64,000 bases of DNA from Mizuhopecten yessoensis (Eukaryota), in NCBI RefSeq assembly GCF_002113885.1, contig NW_018480074.1, forward strand, positions 124,001 through 188,000, in the 5' to 3' direction. Shown piece after piece: positions 12,701 to 24,700 of the stretch (within the stretch, counting starts at the first letter, position 1; the number at the start of each line of letters is the position of its first letter). The notes beneath the pieces were generated by a model, which made no database searches, was not told the DNA's origin, and worked only from the letters and a program-made list of their open reading frames with translations. Both the position numbers and the translations under genes were made by a program.

Positions 12701-15700
12701 CATCACTACAGTGAATATTAGTCAACAACATAATTTACATAGTATTTAAATGAAAATGGTGTAATCAACACCAGGGGATTTGGATTTCAAAGGTGAAGGG
12801 CGAAAGTTTAAAAATAAATAAAAATCCAGTATACAGTATTAATTATATTGAGTGAAGATTTTATATATCAGGTACGCAGCTGCCTATAGGCTAGTCTGCA
12901 GATGAATCTACAACGTTTTCAAACAGGAAAATACTGCTTCTTCCAGTCAGATAATCACTAATCACCCTTCAACAGTAAAATCCATATTCATTCAGTGTGA
13001 ATATCATCCTTCACATGGAAATAATGCTACCATGATGAATTCGCCCTCATTGCATAGGATGAAAAAGTCAAAATGTTATTTGCGGCGCACAAGTTCACAG
13101 TATCCTCTTATTATTTCTTATACTTCAATATTTGTTCACAGAATTTTGATAAAAACATTTTTTATCAAAATTTGTGAAAAATATGCTGCTTTGCATGGTT
13201 TTTAGTAAGAACAGGCAGCAGGCCAAAATGACTGGTTCAGTTCCGATTTTGACTTATTCAAATCACCTTTATCATTTATCTCATATGTAATTTTACAAAT
13301 GTTGGTTAGTAAAAATTGTCATTCGGTCTGTTCAAATAGAGGTTATTGCCTGCTTTTGTATTAATCTTGTGTTTAAATATCTGGTTAATTGGTCACTTGA
13401 TATCATTTGTGGGTTTCGGCCACGTTGTGGAATAGCTTACCATCTGCTATTAGAAAGTCAAATACCCTGGCCAAGTTCAAGAGGGACATCAAAACTCACC
13501 TCTTCATGTCTGCATTTTAGAATCCTTGCAAAGGAGTCATGTAAATACCACCCTTTATTTGTTCAATTATGTGCACATTGCTTGCTTAAATGTATAAAGG
13601 TGATTGTTAGCCTTTGTTTTTTGTTTCACAATTATAACTATTACTATTATCCATATGTTGTAAAGGCGCTTTAGAGTAATTTTACAAATTATATAGGGCG
13701 CTATAGAAATGATGTATATTATTATTTAATAGGTTAATTTCTATGTCACGGTCAGAAGATTGAGACCTGACTTTTATACGATTGTACCATTGATTTTATT
13801 ACAGAGTGCTCGTATGTACTGTACAAAGTTCCTGCGGGTGTTACTGCGCGTGAGGGTTCCTGGCTTCAGTACATGGGGAATGGAACTCCTGACCACACAG
13901 TTATATGACCAGAGTCGAAACATCTCTCTTGCTGCTCTCGGGGTCATGGAGGAGGCCTGTGAGATTGATGTAAGTGTTACGGATCTGGACTGGATAATTT
14001 CCTGTCTAGTGAAATATTGATGAAATACACAAATATTTGTCATCTTTTATGATAAAGGCATAAATTTATCATAAATCTGGAATAACGAAGAAATCTGAAA
14101 TAACGAAGAAATACACTTTCAGAAAATCAAAAGTAAACTGGAAACACCACGTCTGTATCATAAACTTATTATTCTGACACTTTAATTGTATAAATGTTGA
14201 AGTTGGTATATTATGTAAACATTGTCTAGTGGAGAAAAGTTTTATTTATCTAAGTAAAGTCAACTAGTGAACTAGTCGAGCCGACTTTGTTCATATTTTT
14301 AGGGATTGATATTACAGGGATGAACAGAAAACATTTTAATAAAGTTTTGGGATTCACGGTAGCAGGCATGGCCTCTGATTTCACGGTAGCAGGCATGGCC
14401 TCTGATTTCATGGTATCAGGCATGGCATCTGATTTCACGGTAGCAGGCATGGCCTCTGTTTTAACGGTAGCAGGCATGGCCTCTGATTTCACGGTAGCAG
14501 GCATGGCCTCTGATTTCACGCTGGCAGGCATGGCCTCTGATTTCCAGTAACAGGCATGGCCTCTGATTTCATGGTAGCAGGCATGACCTTACTCCAACAA
14601 TGTTAGAGGTTTTACACGGCGAAAAACTTTTGACAGGCGCCGCGTAACCTCTAACTGCCCATAGCTGATTTTCCCAATGCTGACAATCACATTTTCAAAG
14701 TTCGGATTAAGAAAGAGTATATCGTGTTTACATACATTTAAATGGTCAAAAGGGTCCAATAAATATTCCTTTCCATAAATCCATGATTATATGAGAAAAA
14801 TTTCATGTCAAAGACATAAATAATGAGTTTTTCCTCATTCGAAGCGAAGCAGACAGCATTTGCCATGATTTTTCCGGTTAATACAAAAATGGATTACATG
14901 TAATGTTTCACAAGCGGAATACAAACAAACTCCGTATCATTTCGTTCCGTTTGAAATCCCCCTGATATTTTGTATTAATCCAGAAGCCATGTTTTAAATG
15001 TAGGTCAGAGATGTGCTACAACGACATGGACATGTATTTTGAGTGTTCTATTCCGTAATATACTATACATTTGTGTCTGTGACATATATATGAGATCTAT
15101 ATTATATAAACCGTGAGTAGACATCGTTGTCATGAACTGTTAACCACTTATGTGAGTTTTTCAAGCCGATTTTGTTCCGCCCGGATTTCGGGCAGAAACT
15201 GCATCAAAGAATTAGTGCTTCGGAAATGAGAGGTCGCAGTCGGCAAAATCATATACGATTGAAAAAAGGCCGACCAGATGCCTCTCATGTTATGGGAGTA
15301 GCATGACCTCTGATTTCACGGTAGCAGGCATGGCCTCTGATTTCACGGTAGCAGGCATGGCCTCTGATTTCACGATAGCAGGCATGGCCTCTGATTTCAC
15401 TGTAGCAGGCATGGCCTCTGATTTCACGGTAGCAGGCATGGCCTCTGATTTCACGGTAGCAGGCATGGCCTCTGATTTGTTACAGTTATGTCCCAATTAA
15501 GTTGAGATCTATTGGGAGGATTTTAAGGCATCTTCTGTAAGGCATCATTCGTGACTACAGGGATAGTTTGGGGTACATGTGTAAGAGTCTCTATAACAGT
15601 TAGTACTTGTTGTGTTTGTGTAACTCCAACAGCATCTGCAATGACCCTGTCCCTTGCTGTTTCTGAAACTTCAGATTTCTGAATGTCCTTATTTTAATCA

Positions 15701-18700
15701 CTTTGCAAATACTGTATTTGTTTGAGGCAGTATAACTTTCATAGAGGAATCTGGAGAGCTTGATACATCCGAAAAAATGCTCTGATAGTGAAAGAAGAAA
15801 AGCTATGTAATATACAATGTTGTTTAATATCAACACAGCAGTCATAAGACAACCAAAATAACACGCTCTGACATTGTTTTTCAGACATGCCTGAATTCGT
15901 TAATCAAGTTGCGACCCTCGTGTCTACATCTGGGAGAGAAGGGTCGCTTAGTCACCTGTAGGTTCATGTCAACATCACGCGGATTCCGTAATCTGATGGA
16001 TGCCAACTATGTATCTAATGAACTGGAGATTTGGGAAAAGGTAAGATATTCTCCGATAAGGATTACAGGATAAACTTAACGTGATATCATACTCCACCGA
16101 TAATTCACATGTGTACCAGAGGTATATATAAACAACTATATCATCAATGTGGTTGTTTATAAAGCTTATTCCTACTGTGCTAATAATTTCCATTATTATG
16201 TCTGGTAATTTATATTACTAAGTCAAAGAAAATGGTTTATTATTAAGTTTACTTTATATCTGCATTGAAGATTATGGATTTTTTTTTAATTAGGTTTAAT
16301 TTGTAGGTATTGTAGCTTGCTAAAATATTCTACCATTTATTCTGCAGACGTTTAACATCAAGTATGTGAGCATTGTAGACGAACTGTTAAATGAAGCTCT
16401 CACAACCTATGAAAAGACGTATGAAGGATCCTTTTCACGGAGGTCAAGTAGAAAGTAAGTTTTGCTGGTTTTAAATACTACACAATGTATTGAATCAGAT
16501 TCATCAGTTTGGAAATAGGTAATATCAAAATTTTAATTTGCACAAATAATGTACATGCTCTTCTGATAAATTGAACATTAATGAATATGCAATAAAATCC
16601 TGTTAGAAAAGTCAAATCTCCTACTTCTTTGAGAGAAGAAAAATTGTGGTCGCAACTGTTAAAGTTTTTGAAGTCTGAGATAAAAAAAAAAATGTAAAAT
16701 TTCCCTTGTACAGTGTTGATAAACTATTTTCAATAACATTGAACTATTTTGCAGACGTCCCAGCAAAGATGCATTCCTGCCAGTTCATTTGTATGGTCAG
16801 CTCACACAGACCAAAGAAGGCTTTCAGCTGTTACGACAACAGGTGACTTGTTCAATGATACTCATATCTATGCCTCTGATACTTTTTCAGTGTTAAATTT
16901 GAAACTTATTAGCCATTTGTAATTTATGATTGAAATCGTTATGATAAATAGATTTCATTTACAAGTGGTGATACAACATATTGATAAATTAATCATAATC
17001 GTTTAAAACTATTGTTCTGTATTTGCTATAGGAATGTATAGAAGAATATTTCCAATGTATCCGCTGCCAAGAGTTGATGACAGATGAAGATAATACAAAA
17101 CTGAAGACTGCCCTTTGGGCTGTGGTATGTATTTGCTGGAAAACAAATCTTATAATGAATTTAATTTTTATAAATTTAGTTTTGCTCAACTGGATCTGAG
17201 TTATCGTCTCATACCCTGACCAAAATAAAAAAACTATTTACTAAATTTACAGTATTTTTCTGTTAATTGGTCATAACTATTTTGTTTATTAATCTGATCA
17301 GCGAACACAAATTTCATTTTCAAAACATATTAACTTGTGATCGGTTCAATAAATGCAACAGTCTGAAATTGGCATAAGCTTTTATTAACACTGCCCATAT
17401 CTACTGTTAATGACATCTGACACACAATTGTGTTTGTTCGCGGAAAATTTGCACAACCCGCACACATGTATTGTTGTCAACATCATGGAATCTTGTCACA
17501 TTCTATAGTCAGGTTATGAGATAATAATTCCAGTTTATGGGAACAATGGTTATTGAGTGAATGTTAGTTTAGACTAAATGAAATTGATGTACTGGTACCT
17601 ATATACTTTTATATACACTCTCCTGAATCTCTACCAAAATAATTGTGCTAATTACTAAGTACAATGTTAGTTTTCCTGGAATATAAATGTTGTTCCCAGT
17701 GTTGAGATACTAAACACCATGCCTGAATATTTAACCTTGCTTGGTAGGGCCACATTGGAAGTTCTACATGGGGTGTTAACTGGCTAGACGAGGAACGCCT
17801 GTTTTCTGAAGTCATACGGCTAGCTGAGGAGTGCGGAGTGTTCTCTATCAGAGGGTAAGATATATGTTGCATGCATAAATATGTACTAAATTTGTAAACG
17901 GTGGAAAATTTCAGTCATAAACAGTAGAATATGCCTAGAATCAACATGCTTGTATAAATGTATTGCAAAAGTTTGCCAATCTGGGAAATTTTGTCCCTTG
18001 CCAAGGATTTGTTCATGTCTAATATACATTGAACTTTGCATATAGTGAGCTACTTAGGGTTTGTGGGGTTCATGATAAAAGTGTTTTACGTTTTCTGTTA
18101 CTTCAGAGTTTCTAATTATTTTAACTGTAAACTGGCAATATAAATTAATTTCATCTGAGCCCCTTTTGTGTTTCTCATTGCAGGACAGCCTTCTACGTGC
18201 TGGGATTGCTGGCCAGTACACGGGAGGGGGCGGAACTCCTTACTCAACTTGGCTGGGAGTCGTGTTGGCACTCGCGTGGTGAACTATGGCCAGTGGTTGA
18301 GGATCGTGCAGAGATGCTAACAGACTTGGACGATGCATCAGAAAGTGTGTTAAGCTTTGGCAGCACGTCCAGATCTGAGTTAGAATACCGCACGAGTATA
18401 CACTCCCCCGGCATAGCCTCCAACAGTCTGTTCTTTATTGCAGAAGAGGAAAAGTCTTTGTTCAGTGACGGAGATAAACTGCCTTGTGATAACAACCGTA
18501 ACATAGACACCACGAACATTCCAGACAACCCTCAGGCGGCCATTATCCGCAGTAAAACACTTCCATTTGAGTCTCCCACCTACAGAAGGTATAACAGCCT
18601 GCCTTTACAACCTAAATCTGTCAAAAGTTTCTCCAGAAGCAGTAAACAGCGAGATCGAACATTTAGTGATGATTCTGATAAAAGGGTGGGCCAAAATGTT

Positions 18701-21700
18701 GCTCTTTCACCAGTGTCGCCTTCAGAATTCCTACCTTTGACTGAGGAGTTTGCCTCCCAAAACCAGAGCACCTCAATTTCCCCCAAGGGAAATAACTCTG
18801 AGGAGTCCACTGTTATACCTGTGATATGTTTGCCTGATGAATCCTCAGAGCCTGAACCTGTGACAACAGAAAAGGAGGAAAGTGTTAAGGACAAAGAGGT
18901 CACAGACTCAAAAGTCATTTTACGACAAGAAACATTTGACAAATGTAAAGTGGCAAAGCGTTCACCTATATTCCGAGATGGCAGGAGCAGTAGTAGTGAA
19001 AGTTCTCGGTCAAGTAAAAACCGTGCAGATAGCTTCAATACAGACTCCACAACCAGTGGTGTTAGTTCATGTGAGTCAGGACCCAACACCTATATCTCCT
19101 CCGAGGGTGTGTCACTCAGTCCAATAGCTAGCTCTACCTCCCTCAACACTGTTGGAGTCAAGTCTCAGCAGGGCTCCTCCCTCGAAACCAAAGACCTCAT
19201 CCACCCGTCCACTGTGAGGAGAAAGTCTATGAATCTTAACCGTGTTCCTAGCTTAAGAAAGTTGCAGAGTAACCCAGCATATGGAATTCTGTCATCATCA
19301 CGGATGGAAGGACTGACATCTGAGAATGCCATAATGTACACTTCTAGTAGAGATGCATATGGTTATGCCACATGGCGGTCAATCAAGCGTCAGCGTACAG
19401 TCAGCTCTGACCTTGACTCTGACCTTGGCATCAGTAACCTGTATGACGAGGAGGGCACAACAGGCACTCTTAGTCGGAAGTCAAGTGTGGATTCTAAATT
19501 AAGTCTTGACCTTTTTGGCGGGACAGCCAGTAGACTGAGGTAGGCTCTACACCAATATAGTCTAACATTAGAATCTATCTGATGTGGATGTACGAAATAG
19601 GGAATTCTATCTGAAGGTGTAGATTGGGGTCAGAACCAAGACCTTGCCAAGGTTTTGAGCTCAAATTCTACACCCATATTTCCTATCTTATCTAAAAAAA
19701 GATTGATACTGTAAAAGATTACCAAAAATACTCATGGAAAGTATGGAAAATTCTAGTGTAATCTCTTTTAAGTTTATACCTATCATCTACTTCACCTATA
19801 AATGAATATATATTCATGCATGGATTTTTTTTGCTTTTATTTTCTCAATGAGTATTTCCAATCCGCAAAAATTTCCAGTTTACAGTATACTGAAAGTATA
19901 CTTAAACATTAAAGAGGTTTGATAAAGACTTCACCGCAAGTTTATTCAATTAGAAATTGTTTATTTCTATCAGGCAATGTTAGATACCTACTGTGTTTTG
20001 GTGGTAGGTTCTTTCGCTGTCCAACATGTCAATTTAATGACGTCTCATATTAAATCATAATGCATAATGTTTGGGAATGTCAGTCGCTTTTTTTACAAAA
20101 CCTTTTGAACTCAAAGTTGTTTTTATGTAGTTGGTAGTCAAGATTTAGGAAAAAAGTACTTCCCAAACTAGGGCTAACCAAGTACACTTATTCGGGATAG
20201 AGTTATCTATCTTTTATATCTATAGCTTTTTTTACGTTTTCTACTTTTTACAGTTTGGGAATGACGAGAAATGCTAGCGGAGTATCCCTGTGCGAGATGG
20301 ATGGGCGCCCATCCAGCCCTATGGGTGCCATGCCAAAAGCGTCATTACAGAAGCGTCGACCACACACAGGAGAGTCGGAATTTGTAGGACTTACCTTACC
20401 TGTTGATATCAACATGATGTTTGAGGTTAGCCTTTCTGACATAACTGACCTTGTTTGTTTCAACAGTCAGTGCTAAAAACATTGTAATTTAAACCTGTAA
20501 ACAAAATGTCCCATTTACAGTCTCGGTGAAACTGTAGATACTGTTGCCAGATATTCAGTCCTAGCAAAGTATTTCAGAAGAAATGGCAGAAGTTAAAACG
20601 TTTTTACATTAATTAAAAATTCTTGTTACACTAGGGGATAGACCCATAATTATACCATATAGCTCTTAAGTTTATTTGGTCAAATTTTCCTACTGTTGTA
20701 CCCAGACTAAGCTTCTTGGTCGCTTTGGTTTATCGCGATCCAAAAGGTTGAACTGGTTGGACTAGAGTTGTTCGTTTATGAAATAAGGTCGGACCTAGTA
20801 ATCTGATGCTGTTTTCAGACGAGCCTTGACAAAGCCTTGCAAGCTAGGCCTGCATAAATATTTGCAGGTCCCCCAGGATATGTACCAAAAAATGTTACAT
20901 TTACTTAAAATTAGTAAAAACAGATGAACTGGTTGTAGCGCATAGACAAACAGGCCACTGGTGTTTTATTTTGTCATATTGCTTATAAACCTTTCATTTA
21001 TGTTGATTGCCACATTGGTGTGTATATTGACAATTGTATATAGTGTGTTGGTCCCAGCAGAATGTATAGACAGTGAATATAGTTAAAATAGAATCCTGGT
21101 GAAATATCAGTTAACTTCTACCTGTCAATGACACAGGTACGCGAAGGGGAGGACAAACGTTCACAGTCGGGCGTATTTGACCGGACAGAGGACATTCAAA
21201 CAAGTCGCAGCAGAAAGGTGTCATGTAAGTCAACTCCCCCTGCAAAACATTATTTTATACGTTCTTTGTAACACGAAGACTTTCCAGTGTGGTACTTCAA
21301 TATGTATTGAAATTTGCATTTAGTTGCAATAATATTATTGTTTGCATTCAAATACCTTTACATCTGTTCTATCTCAAAAACATTTTTGTTTATGGATAAT
21401 AGAGCAAAATCTTTTATATGCATGTTCAATGTGCTTCCAGTTACTCAGAAACATTAAGATACATGTACTTAATCTCAAAGAAATCCAACATAAGAAATGT
21501 TTCCAATCTTGAAATAAAACATCAATTGATGACTCACATGTGTTGTTGATTTCAAATAACACCTTTTGAAACGGAAAGGTAAAAAATTACATCCTTAGTC
21601 TCTGACCTGGGATACAAAACCACATATCACAAGAAGTTTTGGGAAGGCCTACATTTAAAATTTCAAGCTTGACTTATCCTTGCATTGTAGGATTGAAACA

Positions 21701-24700
21701 TGACTCCGAAAACACTGAATTTATATTCATTAAAATATTGTATTCTATAAATTATTTAACAGATAAGTGAATAAAAGATCTATTGATTTATTTCTAGCAT
21801 CTGGCAAGAGGTCTAGAACTACATCGTCATCAACTGCCAGGGGTGACGGAATCATCGGGTCTGATCACAACATGTCTGTCTGTGTGGCCTGTTACAGACT
21901 TCAAATGATAGGACAGACAGATGGGCAGGGGGACAAAGAAGATGGTATGTATTGAATTGATTGGAATATTTGAAAGGGTGATAATAGAATTTTCAAAATA
22001 TCCACATTCCAACTGTCATTGGACAAAATGTCGTCCGTCATTCGTCAACTTTTCCCTTTAAACGTTACTTGTCCTTTACGACTCGGATGATTTTGACAAA
22101 ATTTGATCTGGAGCATCATTGGCCAAAGAGATCTCAGTTTTGTATAAACGGAGGGTATGGCCCGCCCCTCTGACCCCAGAGGGAATAGGGGGAAAATAGG
22201 TAAATCTTCAAAAATCTTCTGTTAACCAATAGAAGGATTTTGACCAAATTTGTTCTAGAGCATCTTTCGACAAAAGGGCCTCAAGTTTGTATAAACGGAG
22301 GGTGTGGCTCCCCTGGGGGCAGAGGGGCGGTGTGCAATAGGGGAAATAGAGGAATATTTTTCTCCTACTCTACAAGTGAAAGGATTTAAACCAAATGCAG
22401 TCTGATGCATGTTTAGGGGCTGAGGTGTGTGGGCCCTCTTCTTTAGGGCAGAGGAGTGGGGCCCAATAGGGGAAACAGAGAGAAAAATATATTCCCCTTC
22501 TATATAAATGAAGGGATTTAAAACCAAATGTGGTCTGAAGCATGCTTAGAGTAAAATAACTGTATAAATTGAGGCTTTTTTTAATGAAGGGATCTTTGGG
22601 AAAAGTTACATGTAGTTCTTCTTGCAACTTTGCTTCTTGTACTCTTTTGATAAACCTGTATGGTACTCCGCAGGTTTTAAATTGAAAATGAAATACCAGG
22701 TGAGCTGTTAAGGCCCCTGGGCCTATTGTTTTTAAGTGGGTATAAAGAGCTTTTAGAAATATAATCAATCATAACATGCAAATGTACTTTCGCTGTGGTG
22801 ATTAGTTAGAAGCTTCACATGCACCTGTTTGTAGGTATACCTGATGCAGACTTTGAGTCGGACGGCCAAGGTAGTGTTACTGTGATCGAGCGTGAGGACG
22901 ACCCAGGCAGTTTACTGGAGGCGGTCAAACAACAGAAAGGTGACCGACGGACTCGCCTCGACAGTCTCAACGAGCTGTCGTCTGCCACTCCTGGAAGCAT
23001 GACCAGCTATACTAGTACTGACTCTCGTATGTTTCTCTTGCCTCCTGCTCTTCTGTTGCTTCTCCAGAATATCACATTAATGTTTTTGAGGATAATGGTG
23101 GGTGTAAACCCAAGTAGCCAGTAAAAAAAATATTAAAATGTTGTGTACATAATCCTGAACATGGGCTAACACACTGATAAAGCATGGTGATTGTTACATT
23201 GATCCAAAGTTCATATGACCTTGTTCATAAAATAACGTGGTTAAAAATTGTTTTTTGATTAAAATATGATTGTTTATAAATATTTCTAGGTCATAATGGT
23301 GAAGTGAATCTTTCATTGGAAAAAAACAAATTAGTGTAAAATAAGGCTGTGTCGATAATTTATTAAATGCAACATTTTGACATTCATTCTGTAAAAAATA
23401 TTGCATTCCTTGTTAAATTTTATTGGAAAGTAACGGATTGAATTTAGAAAATATTTAAGGTTTTTGAGAGATCTTTTGAGGGTAAGAATAACATTTTCGA
23501 TCATGTGATATCTGGATTTCACTTTCCTTTGGCCTGTAAGTTTTGAAACTAGTTGAGATGTTTTTTGAGCCATTATACATTTGTTTATCAAATCGGAACA
23601 GATTGACTGGTTTCATCACTTTCATTAAATGGGCTTAATTGTTCTTTCTGTGCACTTAACTTTGTTTTTTTCATTACTTCTGGCATTTTCTCATGTATAT
23701 ATACTTGGAGCACTTACTCGTGAAAAACATGTAATCAGATTCTAAATCTATTTTTTTGTTCTAAGGATATTCATTTCATGATTAATCACAAGCCATATAT
23801 TTGTTTTTATAGATATCATTCATTCACAAAATCTTTATACCTATATATGTATCATTAAGTGGATTTCTTCTATCATATATTGTATGTGTCATATATTCGA
23901 TATATTGTACATTTTAATATACATTGTTTTTTTTCTTTTTAAATAAAAGATGCATGGTTTATTTAGGAAAGTACATCATTATTATTCGCTCGTTTTTAGT
24001 CGTCATATTTCAAAAATAATATCAATACTAAAATTGCTCTTATTTATTTCCATGTCGACAAACGTTTATATTTTGTAGATATCAGGAATTTCCTTTATAT
24101 GATTAATTGAATTTGCTCATAAGACAAACTTTAGAATTATTTTTTTCCATGCACAATTAATCTTCACAAAGTCACCTTTCCATTGTGTATAAACAATTAA
24201 GAACCAAAATAGCATGGTACAAAAATTGGTGATCAAAGTTTTCACACAAATTGTTTTAGTTTGTGTGAAAACTTTGATCACCAATTTTTGCAATATGTAG
24301 AATCTAACTTTTCACTGTAACAGCAATTTTGCTTATTCAAAATATGGCTAATATCAATTTTGCACACAGAAACAGTTACATGTGACTATTATTCATTACA
24401 CTGGCCATGCTAACACGAAGCTGCTGTGACTATTGTGTAATATTTTATAAGTGTTAAACTTGCGTCCTGTATTTTGACTGATAAGAGTGTTTTTTTGTTT
24501 GTAAATAAGATTACTCTCCTGTTTTTTGACTGAGGTTAGATATGACTGCTAATCTACATTGTTGACATGGCTATATCTATATATACTACAGTTGAACCTC
24601 GTTATCTCGAATTCTTATAACTCTTATTAACTCTTTTAAGTATTTCTCCGGCCCCGGCCAAATCTCTTCTTTATCTTAGTAAATAAAACTCTGACAATTT

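Noticed and set aside
13655-13725. L2-like 3' tail (aaggcgctttagag...gcgctatagaaat...tattatt)
   Set aside because: Too short and decayed to delimit an element.
14250-15500. ORFs with repeated TVAGMASDF / SEAMPATVK
   Set aside because: 27-bp minisatellite translations, interrupted by a transposon.
17125-17747. Possible U12-type intron (gtat donor, ttaacctt near acceptor)
   Set aside because: The donor is gtatgt, not gtatcctt; ordinary U2 intron.
18244-19127. Antisense and alternate-frame ORFs over the large RICTOR exon
   Set aside because: Shadow ORFs of a real coding exon.
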